A DNA stretch of 64,000 nucleotides, from assembly GCA_902523635.1 (NCBI GenBank), contig CABZAE010000006.1, positions 5,623-69,622 of the forward strand, in the 5' to 3' direction. Both the position numbers and the translations under genes were made by a program. The notes beneath the pieces were generated by a model, which was not told the origin of the DNA, made no database searches, and worked only from the letters and a program-made list of their open reading frames with translations. Below are positions 55,603 through 64,000 of the stretch, in pieces (position 1 is the first letter of the stretch; each line of letters opens with the position of its first letter). This stretch comes from an uncultured Bacteroidota bacterium. Lineage in GTDB: Bacteria; Bacteroidota; Bacteroidia; Flavobacteriales; Flavobacteriaceae.

Positions 55603-56511
55603 TTATGAAATATCAAATTCCTTACCATCTTCAGCTAACACGACATTTTTAAAAATTCTTTTTGCTTCAATTTCGAAATCTTGAAGATTTTTATATCTAG
55701 ATGAAAAATGTCCCAAAATTAACTGCTTACAGTTTGCTTTTTTTGCAACCATTGCCGCCTGCATCGCGGTTGAATGTTTTGTCTTCTTTGCCAAATTAAT
55801 GTGCTTCTCTAAAAAAGTTGATTCATGGTAAAGCACATTGGAATCTTTTATTAGATCGGTAACTTCATCCGAATAAGCAGTATCAGAGCAATAGGAATAT
55901 AAAATATCTTTTTCTTTCGGATGAGTAATTTCTTTATTATTAATGATTGTACCATTATCAAGTATGACATCCTTTCCCATTACTATGTTGGTATAGAGTG
56001 ATTCGTCAATATTCAATTTTTTTATTTTATCAAGCTTCAACTTTTTCCTTTGGATTTTTTCAGTAAACAAAAATCCATTAGTATAAATTCTATGTTTGAG
56101 TGGAATAGTCGATACGGAAAACAAATCATTTTCTAAAATTTTTACGGTTGTTTTTTCTTTAAGTTCTATATAGTTTATTTCAAAATCTATCCAAGAGTTT
56201 CCCAACTTTAATATTAGGTTCATTACATCTTTGATGCCAGTAGGACCAAAAATATTTAACCTTTTGGTTCTACCCATCAACCTGAAAGTTGATATTAATC
56301 CTGGAAGACCAAAGAAATGATCTCCGTGTAGATGAGATATAAATATATTTTCAATTGATGAAAATTTAACTCCATATCTTCTGATTTGGATTTGGGTACC
56401 TTCTCCACAGTCAATCAAAAGGTTATTTCCGTTTATATTCAAAATTTGAGATGAAGGAAATGAATTTTTTCTTGGAGAAGCAGAATAACATCCAAGGATT
56501 TTTAATTTCAT
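55603..56511 (-). CDS. rnz: ribonuclease Z
   Basis: 302 aa. Metallo-beta-lactamase motif SHLHGDH. N-terminal KILGCYSA..LIDCGEGTQ. Confidence 0.9.
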   Translation of the reverse strand: MKLKILGCYSASPRKNSFPSSQILNINGNNLLIDCGEGTQIQIRRYGVKFSSIENIFISHLHGDHFFGLPGLISTFRLMGRTKRLNIFGPTGIKDVMNLILKLGNSWIDFEINYIELKEKTTVKILENDLFSVSTIPLKHRIYTNGFLFTEKIQRKKLKLDKIKKLNIDESLYTNIVMGKDVILDNGTIINNKEITHPKEKDILYSYCSDTAYSDEVTDLIKDSNVLYHESTFLEKHINLAKKTKHSTAMQAAMVAKKANCKQLILGHFSSRYKNLQDFEIEAKRIFKNVVLAEDGKEFDIS

Positions 56512-56828
56512 ATTTTATTGATTTGTCTTTCAACTTCTTCAATTTCAATAAAATCAATAGCTTCAGTTAATGTTGGGACTACATTGATCTCATAATCAAT
56601 TTTATGTTCTTTGGAGACCAAAACAAATGATTTATTATTAGCTGTCTGTTTTTTTAGTAATATCTCAAAAAACGGTTTATTTAATTCTTTATTGTTACTT
56701 GATAAACTAATTATCAAATTATTTTTTTCTTGACAGAGTTTGTTAATTTTTTTTTCAAGTACTAATTTTTCATCACTTTCTTCAATTTCTACAATCATAA
56801 TTTTTTTTTTTTTTGAAATCCTCATCAT
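56508..56828 (-). CDS. small conserved hypothetical protein
   Basis: 106-aa ORF between pyrB and rnz with 4-nt and 2-nt junctions. The true start may be Met11 (after a Lys run encoded by an A13 tract). No motif recognised. Confidence 0.45.
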   Translation of the reverse strand: MMRISKKKKIMIVEIEESDEKLVLEKKINKLCQEKNNLIISLSSNNKELNKPFFEILLKKQTANNKSFVLVSKEHKIDYEINVVPTLTEAIDFIEIEEVERQINKI

Positions 56829-56829
56829 T

Positions 56830-57753
56830 TTAAATTTTAGATGCTAATAAGTACATAATAGCCATTCTAATTGCAACACCATTTTCCACCTGATCAAGTA
56901 TTATTGCCTGTTCAGAATCTGCAACTTCACTTGTTATTTCAACTCCTCTATTAATTGGGCCAGGATGCATTATAATGATTTCTTTTTCTATCGAATCTAA
57001 TATCTTCTTATTTAGTCCAAATTGTTGTACATATTCTCGAACCGTAGGAAAATAGCTTTCTGACATCCTCTCATTTTGAATTCTAAGCATATTAACCCCA
57101 TCGCACCATTTCAATGCTTTTGTAAGATTGGTTTCAATACTAACATCAAATGACTCAATATATTTTGGTATCAAGGACTTAGGTCCACAAACTTTTACAT
57201 TTGCCCCTAACATTTGATATGCATAAATATTTGACATTGCCACTCTGGAATGTAAAATATCACCAACGATTAAGATATTTTTGTTTTTTAAAGAACCTAT
57301 TTTTTGATTAAGTGAATATGCATCTAGTAGAGCCTGAGTTGGATGCTCATGTGTTCCGTCACCAGCATTTATTATACATGAATTGACATTTTTTGAAAGA
57401 AAAACACTTGCTCCTGGACTAGGATGTCGTAATACAATCATATCAACTTTCATTGATAAAATGTTATTAACAGTATCGATTAGAGTTTCCCCTTTTGATA
57501 CTGAAGATGCTGATGATGAAAGATTTACTACATCAGCAGAGAGTCGTTTTTGAGCAAGTTCAAAAGATATCTTAGTTCTTGTACTGTTTTCAAAAAATAA
57601 ATTTGCAATTGTTAAATCCCTTAAAGATGGAACTTTTTTAATTTTTCGATTAATTACTTCTTTAAAATGGTCAGTTGTCTCAAAGATTTGTTCAATATCT
57701 TTTAAGCTTAAATATTTTATTCCCAATAAATGATTAACACTTAGATTACTCAT
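56830..57753 (-). CDS. pyrB: aspartate carbamoyltransferase catalytic subunit
   Basis: Start moved to Met14 (MSNLSVNHLLG), 2 nt after the pyrR stop. Carbamoyl-phosphate site STRTKISFE. HPTQALLD. HPGP. Confidence 0.93.
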   Translation of the reverse strand: MSNLSVNHLLGIKYLSLKDIEQIFETTDHFKEVINRKIKKVPSLRDLTIANLFFENSTRTKISFELAQKRLSADVVNLSSSASSVSKGETLIDTVNNILSMKVDMIVLRHPSPGASVFLSKNVNSCIINAGDGTHEHPTQALLDAYSLNQKIGSLKNKNILIVGDILHSRVAMSNIYAYQMLGANVKVCGPKSLIPKYIESFDVSIETNLTKALKWCDGVNMLRIQNERMSESYFPTVREYVQQFGLNKKILDSIEKEIIIMHPGPINRGVEITSEVADSEQAIILDQVENGVAIRMAIMYLLASKI

Positions 57754-58288
57754 TATAATTTCTTTCCAGATATACAGAATCCTCATCGTCATCCTCCATC
57801 CATTTAACTACAACTTTTTGATTCAACCTGGAATCTACCTGAATTCCACAATAATCGGGTTGAATTGGTAATTCCCTAGAAAACCTTCTATCAATTAAAT
57901 TTAATAATTGAACAGAGATTGGTCTTCCGTATGACTGTAAAGCATCCAATGCTGCTCTGATGCTCCTTCCAGTAAATAGTACATCATCAACAAGAACAAC
58001 CGTTTTATTTTCGATTGAAAAATTAATATTTGTTTTGTTTGCTTTTAGGGACTTTTCATTTCTTCTGAAATCATCACGAAAAAACGTAATATCTAAGACA
58101 CCTAAATCAACCTTGTAAGATTGCTCAATTAATATTTCAAGAATCCTTTTGGCCAACAAAACACCTCTAGGCTGAATTGCTAATATAACCGTATTGGAAA
58201 AGTCATTGTGCTCTTCTATCAACTGAAATGCGAGTCTTGAAATAATTGAAGAAATTTGCTCAGCGTTCAGTATTTTTTTTAGAGGCAT
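57746..58288 (-). CDS. pyrR: bifunctional pyrimidine operon regulator / uracil phosphoribosyltransferase PyrR
   Basis: 180 aa. PRPP-binding loop VVLVDDVLFTGRSIRAA. Confidence 0.9.
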   Translation of the reverse strand: MPLKKILNAEQISSIISRLAFQLIEEHNDFSNTVILAIQPRGVLLAKRILEILIEQSYKVDLGVLDITFFRDDFRRNEKSLKANKTNINFSIENKTVVLVDDVLFTGRSIRAALDALQSYGRPISVQLLNLIDRRFSRELPIQPDYCGIQVDSRLNQKVVVKWMEDDDEDSVYLERNYNE

Positions 58289-58337
58289 CCCGCTTATTTA
58301 CTCCAAAATTAGTATTTTTTTTTCAGAAATATTTTTT

Positions 58338-59592
58338 TTAGGTGGTAACAGCAATTTTCTGAGCAATTTTTTGGTATGTACCATCTTTAAGCTTAGATCT
58401 GATTTTAGAAAAAGCCTCTAGTGTTTCATTAATATCCTCAATATTGTGCGAGGCTGTAGGAATTAGTCTAAGTAAAATCAATCCTTTAGGAATGACTGGG
58501 TAAACAACAATTGAACAGAAAATTCTATACTTTTCTCTGAGCTCTCTGACCATGACCATGGCTTCATGTATTGAGCCTTTTAAAAAAACAGGAGTAACAC
58601 AACTTTGTGTAGTCCCTAGATCAAAATCCTGTTCTTTTAATCCATTTTGAAGATTATTAACATTTGACCATAAATTTTGCCTTATTTCTGGGTAATTCTT
58701 AATTAAATCTAGGCGTTTTAAAGCTCCTACAACTAATTGCATTTGCAATGATTTAGCAAAAACCTGAGATCTCATGTTATATTTTAAATAGTTAATTATC
58801 ATTTCGTCAGCCGCAATAAATGCTCCAGTTGATGCCATTGATTTAGCAAAGGTTGCAAAATAAACATCAATTTCATTTTGAACTCCTTGTTCCTCACCTG
58901 CACCAGCACCCGTGGGTCCTAATGTACCAAAACCGTGAGCGTCATCGACTAGTAATCTGAATTTATACTTATTTTTTAATTGAACTATTTCTTTAATTTT
59001 TCCTTGTTCACCTCTCATTCCAAAAACACCCTCAGAGATTACCAATATTCCTCCTCCAGTTTTTTCAGCAATTTTAGTTGCCCTGTCTAGATTTTTACAT
59101 AGACTATCAATATCATTATGTTGATATGTGAATCTTTTTCCCATGTGTAATCTTACCCCATCAACAATGCAAGCGTGAGAATCAATGTCATAAACAATAA
59201 CATCATTTTTTTGAAACTAAAGAATCTATTGTCGAGAGGATACCCTGGTAACCAAAGTTTAATACATATGCTTTCTCTTTATTAACAAAATCAGCAAGTT
59301 CATTTTCTAACTTTTCATGTAATTCAGTATGACCTGACATGAGTCTTGCTCCCATTGGATAAGCAGAACCATATTTTTTAGAAGCCTCCACATCCACTCT
59401 TCTAACATCAGGACGATTTGCCAAACCTAAATAGTCATTAACACTCCAAGTTATAACTTTTTTTCCTTTGAAATACATTCTATTTCCAATTGGGCCCTCC
59501 AACTTTGGAAATGCAAAATATCCTTCAGCAACTTCAGCGTATTTACCTAAAGGACCTTTATTATCAACAATTTTATCGAACAAATCTTTCAT
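58338..59592 (-). pseudogene. alpha-oxoamine synthase family PLP enzyme (Kbl/SPT/CapB-like) interrupted by a +1-nt frameshift in an A7 run
   Basis: The N-fragment (59203..59592) ends ..DSLVSKK-TGA. The frame of the C-fragment (58338..59144) is open upstream to 59216 and reads ..KNDVIVYDIDSHACIVDGVRLHMGKRF. Deleting one A from the run at 59206..59212 fuses both into about 417 aa. PLP-Lys context FATFAKS. DDAHGFG. Confidence 0.8.
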
Positions 59593-59619
59593 TAAGTAGA
59601 GTAATTAAGAAATATTAAA

Positions 59620-60660
59620 TCATTTGATGTACTCAATTGGCTTTTCAAGTTCAGACTTTTCGAAATTAAAAAACCCTTGATCATGCATCCATTTATCACT
59701 GTAAATTTTACTCATGTAACGCGATCCATGATCACAGAAAATTAAAACAACATTACTGTTTTCATCGAAATGATTTAATTTTGATAGTTGTTTAACAGCT
59801 TGCATAGCGGCACCGGATGTATAACCGACAAAAAGCCCTTCCTTTAAAGCAATTTCTCTAGAGGAATGAGCACTATCTTCATCAGTAACCTTTTCAAATA
59901 AGTCAATAACATCAAAATCAGTAGCAGTGGGGATTAAATTTTTTCCAAGTCCTTCAATCCTGTAAGGATAAATTTCATCTTCATCAAATTCCTGAGTTTC
60001 GTGATACTTTTTTAAAACAGATCCATATGCGTCAACACCAATGATTTTAACATTAGAATTTTTATTTTTCAAATATCTACCGATTCCTGAAATGGTGCCT
60101 CCTGTACCGCTACTGGCGACAAGATGAGTTATTTTTCCAGAAGTTTGTTGCCATATTTCAGGCCCAGTAGTGTTAAAATGAGCTTCAATATTTAGTTTAT
60201 TAAAGTATTGATTGATGTAAAATGATCCTTTTATTTCTTCATGTAATCTTTTAGCAACTTGATAATAAGATCTTTCATCACTAGAATTTACATGTGCTGG
60301 ACAAACATAAACCTTTGCACCCATTGATTTGAGCATATCAATTTTATCAGGGGAGGATTTAGAGGATACTGCTAAAATACAATTGTAACCCTTGATTATA
60401 CTAACCATGGCCAAACTAAAACCAGTATTACCAGATGTGGTTTCAATAATTGTCGCTCCTGGTTTTAACAACCCTTTTTTTTCTGCAGACTCTAGTATGT
60501 ATAAAGCAATTCTATCCTTGTTAGAATGACCTGGGTTAAAAGCTTCAATTTTTGCATAAAAATTACCTGGAATATTACTAACAATTTTGTTAAGTTTTAC
60601 AAGGGGAGTTTGCCCAATAAGTTCGAGGGCATTTTTGTAAGCTTTAACTTTTTTATTCAT
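59620..60660 (-). CDS. PLP-dependent cysteine synthase / cystathionine-beta-synthase-like enzyme (CapA-type cysteate synthase candidate)
   Basis: 346 aa. PLP-Lys motif [11 protein letters not shown]. Gly loop [10 protein letters not shown]. No CBS pair domains. Confidence 0.85.
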   Translation of the reverse strand: MNKKVKAYKNALELIGQTPLVKLNKIVSNIPGNFYAKIEAFNPGHSNKDRIALYILESAEKKGLLKPGATIIETTSGNTGFSLAMVSIIKGYNCILAVSSKSSPDKIDMLKSMGAKVYVCPAHVNSSDERSYYQVAKRLHEEIKGSFYINQYFNKLNIEAHFNTTGPEIWQQTSGKITHLVASSGTGGTISGIGRYLKNKNSNVKIIGVDAYGSVLKKYHETQEFDEDEIYPYRIEGLGKNLIPTATDFDVIDLFEKVTDEDSAHSSREIALKEGLFVGYTSGAAMQAVKQLSKLNHFDENSNVVLIFCDHGSRYMSKIYSDKWMHDQGFFNFEKSELEKPIEYIK

Positions 60661-60723
60661 TTAAAGTCGAATCTTTAAAGTAGGCAAATTACTTAAAAAA
60701 AGCTGTTACAACCAAATTTATCT

Positions 60724-62784
60724 TTACTTATATATTTTTTCAAGGTCAAACAAGAAACAATATTCTGCAGCTACATCCTTAATAGCTTCATATCTTCCAG
60801 ATGCTCCACCATGACCACTCTTCATATCTATTTTGAATAGTATATGATTTTTTCCCAAGTTATATTCTCTCAATTTGGCTACCCATTTTGCGGGTTCCCA
60901 ATATTGAACTTGAGAGTCGTGGAAACCTGTGGTTACAAGGATGTTAGGACAATTCATTTTTTTTATATTATCGTAGGGCGAATAAGATAAAATATAATCA
61001 TAATATTCTCTTTTATTAGGATTTCCCCATTCATCGTACTCACCAGTTGTTAGAGGAATTGTTTCGTCAAGCATAGTTGTTACAACATCTACAAAGGGGA
61101 CCGCAGCAATTAATCCATTAAACAGTTTTGGATTAATATTAATCACAGCTCCAATCAGTAACCCACCAGCAGACCCACCGTATGCATATAAACTATTTTT
61201 ATCTGTATAATTGTTTGATATTAAAAACTTTGCACAAGAAATGAAATCGTAGAATGTGTTTTTTTTATGTAATAACTTTCCGTTTTCATACCAACTCCTA
61301 CCCATATATTCACTTCCTCTAACATGAGCAATAGCAAATGTAAATCCTCTATCTAAAAGTGATAATCTTGCAATTGAAAAATAAGGATCAACAATATGGC
61401 CATAAGATCCATAACCATACAGTAGTAATGGCTTTTTATTATTATTTCTTCCTTTTTTGAAAACAATTGAAATAGGAATTGACTCACCATCCTCAGCAAC
61501 AGCCCATAGTCTTTTGGATTCATAGTTTTTAAAGTCAAAGTTGTTATCCAAAACTTCTTGTTCTTTCAAAATGGTCTTCTTCCTAGTTGTCATATTAAAG
61601 TCGATAACTTGATTTGGCTGAGTGAATGAACTAAAATTATACCTAAGTATATCGGTATTAAATTCAATATTAGCAACTGTGTTAATGGAATACGTTTCAG
61701 AACTTATTTTCAGATTAAAACTTTCATTATTCTCCCACTTTATTATATTTATTTTTGATAATCCATTTATTCTTTCACTAACAACTAAATAGTTTTTAAA
61801 TATATCTATACCTTCCAACAAAACATTTTTTCTGTGCGGAATAACATCTTTCCAAAATTGGATATTTGTCTTTTTGGTCGATGTTTTCATCAGTTTGTAA
61901 TTTGGGCTATCATCTTTATTTGTTATGATAAAAAAATACTTATCATAGTGATTGATAGTATACTCTAAACCTCTTTTCCTCTTGCTAAATAGCTTAAAAG
62001 CTTTACTTTTTTTATCAGCATCAAGAAACCTGTACTCAGTAGTAAGCGTACTGTATGAAGAGATGATTAAAAACTTATTGGATTTTGATTTTGTTACACT
62101 AGTTGTGAAAGTTGGATCCTTTTCATGAAAAATCAGTTCATCTTTTGATGAATTAGTACCTAATACATGTTTAAATATTTTGTAAGATCTTAAAGTTATA
62201 GGATCTCTAACTGCATATAAAAATGCTGAACTATCATTAGTCCATGCAATTGATCCTGAGCAATTTTCAATTTTTTCATTCAATAAAGAATTCGTTTTTA
62301 GATTTTTTATTTCTATTGTATATAAACGTCTGGATAAGTAATCAATTGCAAAAGCCATGAAATTATTACACTGACTGATTTTAAAGTTTGATAAATCAAA
62401 AAATTTATGTCCTTTAGCAAGTTTATTGCAATCTATTATTAACTCTTTTTTTGCTTTTACAAAATTTTTAGTCCTGTAATATTTTGGATATTGTTTAGAC
62501 TTTTCAAACTTTGTTTGATACCAATAGTCGTTGTATAAATAAGGGACTGACTCATCATCTTCTTTGATTTTAGCTTTTATTTCTTTAAAAACTTTTTTTT
62601 GAAAGTTTTTAGTTAGCCTTGTTTTTTTTAGATAATAATTATTTTCTTTTTTGAGATGTTTTATAACCTTGTCATCATCTCTTTGGTTAAGCCAATAATA
62701 ATTATCTATTCTCTCTGAGTCAAACTTTTGAAGAGTAAATGGAATCTTTTTTGGAACTGGGTATTTATTATTATTTATTTTCAA
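60724..62784 (-). CDS. ptrB: S9A-family serine peptidase, oligopeptidase B (protease II)
   Basis: 686 aa. N-terminal beta-propeller region. Catalytic GGSAGGLLIG (Ser), Asp in HDSQV, His in KSGHGG. Confidence 0.88.
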   Translation of the reverse strand: MKINNNKYPVPKKIPFTLQKFDSERIDNYYWLNQRDDDKVIKHLKKENNYYLKKTRLTKNFQKKVFKEIKAKIKEDDESVPYLYNDYWYQTKFEKSKQYPKYYRTKNFVKAKKELIIDCNKLAKGHKFFDLSNFKISQCNNFMAFAIDYLSRRLYTIEIKNLKTNSLLNEKIENCSGSIAWTNDSSAFLYAVRDPITLRSYKIFKHVLGTNSSKDELIFHEKDPTFTTSVTKSKSNKFLIISSYSTLTTEYRFLDADKKSKAFKLFSKRKRGLEYTINHYDKYFFIITNKDDSPNYKLMKTSTKKTNIQFWKDVIPHRKNVLLEGIDIFKNYLVVSERINGLSKINIIKWENNESFNLKISSETYSINTVANIEFNTDILRYNFSSFTQPNQVIDFNMTTRKKTILKEQEVLDNNFDFKNYESKRLWAVAEDGESIPISIVFKKGRNNNKKPLLLYGYGSYGHIVDPYFSIARLSLLDRGFTFAIAHVRGSEYMGRSWYENGKLLHKKNTFYDFISCAKFLISNNYTDKNSLYAYGGSAGGLLIGAVININPKLFNGLIAAVPFVDVVTTMLDETIPLTTGEYDEWGNPNKREYYDYILSYSPYDNIKKMNCPNILVTTGFHDSQVQYWEPAKWVAKLREYNLGKNHILFKIDMKSGHGGASGRYEAIKDVAAEYCFLFDLEKIYK

Positions 62785-62798
62785 TTAAAAATTTAAAT

Positions 62799-63824
62799 CT
62801 AAAATTTCAATTTTTTTAAAATCCTTAAAAAATTATGATGTAATTCATCGGTGTAATCGAGATGTGTTACTATTCTAAGTTTTGGTCCTCCCATTGAGAT
62901 TATTTTTATACCAAAATCATTTAGTTTATTTAAAAAGTCCTTGGAATCAATTTTCTTTTTTATTTCAAAAATAATAATGTTGGTTTCTACAGGTTCTACT
63001 AGTTCTACATAACTCATTTCGTTTAATGTTTGTTCAATTTGTTTTGCCTTTTTATGATCTTGATCTAATCTTTTAATATTATTTTCAATTGCGTATAAAC
63101 CACAGGCAGCCAGATATCCAACTTGTCTCATTCCACCACCTAAAACTTTTCTTATTCGCAAAGCACTATTAATATGATCCTTACTACCGAGAAGAACAGA
63201 TCCAGATGGGCAACCAAGACCCTTACTTAGACAGACTGATATTGTGTCAAAAATTAAACCATAATCTTTTGGTGTCTGATTTTTTTGAACTAAAGCATTC
63301 CAAATTCTTGCTCCATCCAAATGAATTGAAAGATTGTGTTCTCTGCAAGTTTTTTTTATTTTTTTTAGCTCATTAATTTCCCAACATGCACCACCTCCCT
63401 TATTTGTGGTATTTTCAATACATACCAGCGAACTTTTTGGACTGTGATAAAAATCAGGTGGATTTATGGCATCAACTAATTGATAATTTTTGAACATTCC
63501 TCTTTTACCATCTAATAACTTGCAAGAAACTCCACTATTAAAACTAACCCCACCACCCTCGTAGTTAAAAACATGGGCATATTTATCACATATTAATTGG
63601 TCTCCAGGACTTGTATGAATTTTAATTGCAGTCTGATTTGCCATGGTTCCAGAGGGAAAAAATAAAGCTGATTCCATTCCAAACATGTCTGACAATTTTT
63701 TTTCTAATTTATTGACAGTCGGATCTTCTTTAAAAACATCATCGCCAACTTTTGCATTAATCATGGCTGCAATCATGCTTTCACAAGGTTTTGTTACAGT
63801 ATCGCTTATAAGGTTAATTTCCAT
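62799..63824 (-). CDS. ltaE: low-specificity L-threonine aldolase
   Basis: 341 aa. SGTMANQ block. PLP-Lys context SVCLSKGLG. HLDGAR. Confidence 0.88.
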   Translation of the reverse strand: MEINLISDTVTKPCESMIAAMINAKVGDDVFKEDPTVNKLEKKLSDMFGMESALFFPSGTMANQTAIKIHTSPGDQLICDKYAHVFNYEGGGVSFNSGVSCKLLDGKRGMFKNYQLVDAINPPDFYHSPKSSLVCIENTTNKGGGACWEINELKKIKKTCREHNLSIHLDGARIWNALVQKNQTPKDYGLIFDTISVCLSKGLGCPSGSVLLGSKDHINSALRIRKVLGGGMRQVGYLAACGLYAIENNIKRLDQDHKKAKQIEQTLNEMSYVELVEPVETNIIIFEIKKKIDSKDFLNKLNDFGIKIISMGGPKLRIVTHLDYTDELHHNFLRILKKLKF

Positions 63825-63834
63825 AAACTTAAAT

Positions 63835-63999
63835 TTAATTACAAGATAAATGTCCTATAGGTGATCCATCTGGAATTTTTGGAGAACTTAATCTTTGATA
63901 TTTTTCCGGATTTTTATTGTAATCGTCAATTATATGAATGTACTGATCAAAATTATTACCATTATTTTTAAATTTTAGTGATATTTCCTGTATCCGGTT
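63835..63999 (-). CDS. hypothetical protein, C-terminal fragment entering from the right edge
   Basis: The stop-free minus-strand frame from the window edge to TAA at comp(63835..63837) reads ..NRIQEISLKFKNNGNNFDQYIHIIDDYNKNPEKYQRLSSPKIPDGSPIGHLSCN. It ends 10 nt upstream of ltaE. Not in the supplied track. Confidence 0.3.
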   Translation of the reverse strand, partial: NRIQEISLKFKNNGNNFDQYIHIIDDYNKNPEKYQRLSSPKIPDGSPIGHLSCN

Positions 64000-64000
64000 A

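Noticed and set aside
56805-56820. T13/A13 homopolymer at the 5' end of the 106-aa ORF, considered as another slippage or phase-variation site.
   Set aside because: It encodes only a Lys run before a more plausible internal start (Met11). It therefore probably lies in the 2-10 nt leader/junction region after pyrB and has no consequence for the reading frame.
58289-58337. Looked for a PyrR-binding attenuator (ARUCCAGAGAGGYU loop with terminator/antiterminator) upstream of pyrR.
   Set aside because: The leader is only 49 nt, is almost pure A/T, and contains neither the binding-loop consensus nor a stable hairpin.
1-64000. Scan for CRISPR arrays, IS elements/transposases, integrases, rRNA operons, toxin-antitoxin pairs and restriction-modification genes.
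   Set aside because: I saw no regularly spaced direct repeats, no terminal inverted repeats flanking an ORF, and no DDE/tyrosine-recombinase-like translations in the track. The only long DNA repeat is the paralogous PP2C segment reported above.

Overview
This is an AT-rich (about 30% GC by eye), very gene-dense chromosomal segment that looks like a marine member of the Flavobacteriia (Bacteroidota). Supporting signs are many lipoprotein signal peptides, a TonB-dependent receptor with a CarboxypepD_reg-type N-terminus, a long LepB, DUF5683, TAnnTTTG-type -7 boxes and capnine-like genes. I support about 60 CDS, two singleton tRNA-Pro genes (anticodons TGG and GGG) and a type-A RNase P RNA (rnpB) that the ORF track does not show. 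One alpha-oxoamine-synthase gene is split by a homopolymer frameshift. I saw no transposases, integrases, CRISPR arrays, rRNA or phage genes.

Housekeeping blocks:
- oxyR and trxB
- udk, ftsB-like, parA, parB, dapB, lepB
- rnpB and dnaX
- pdxH, sixA-like, ppk1, ppx
- rnz, pyrB, pyrR
- ptrB and ltaE

Accessory-looking blocks:
1. 30.4-41.7 kb, my best candidate for an undescribed system. It is a partner-switching signalling island with no sigma factor. An operon (DUF5706/PycTM-like membrane protein, TPR lipoprotein, two beta-propeller-sensor PP2C phosphatases) converges, with overlapping stop codons, on an operon encoding an RsbW-like kinase, a STAS protein and a GAF-PAS adenylate cyclase.
2. 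2.6-6.8 kb: a TonB-dependent receptor, two exported HMA (CxxC) proteins and an internally duplicated Met/His/Trp-rich lipoprotein.
3. 18.7-24.5 kb: a trehalose operon that also carries a cytidylyltransferase and an acyltransferase-SGNH fusion.
4. 24.9-30.3 kb: a D-amino-acid/murein-peptide cluster (M81/MlrC-like peptidase, beta-lactamase-fold hydrolase, dipeptide epimerase, DUF1611).
5. 15.0-18.7 kb: a sulfatase, fucosidase and GDPD mini-operon.

A separate observation: dnaX has an A15 run at the tau/gamma junction with stop codons immediately following in both alternative frames.

All calls come from reading motifs in the supplied translations and DNA. No database search was run.
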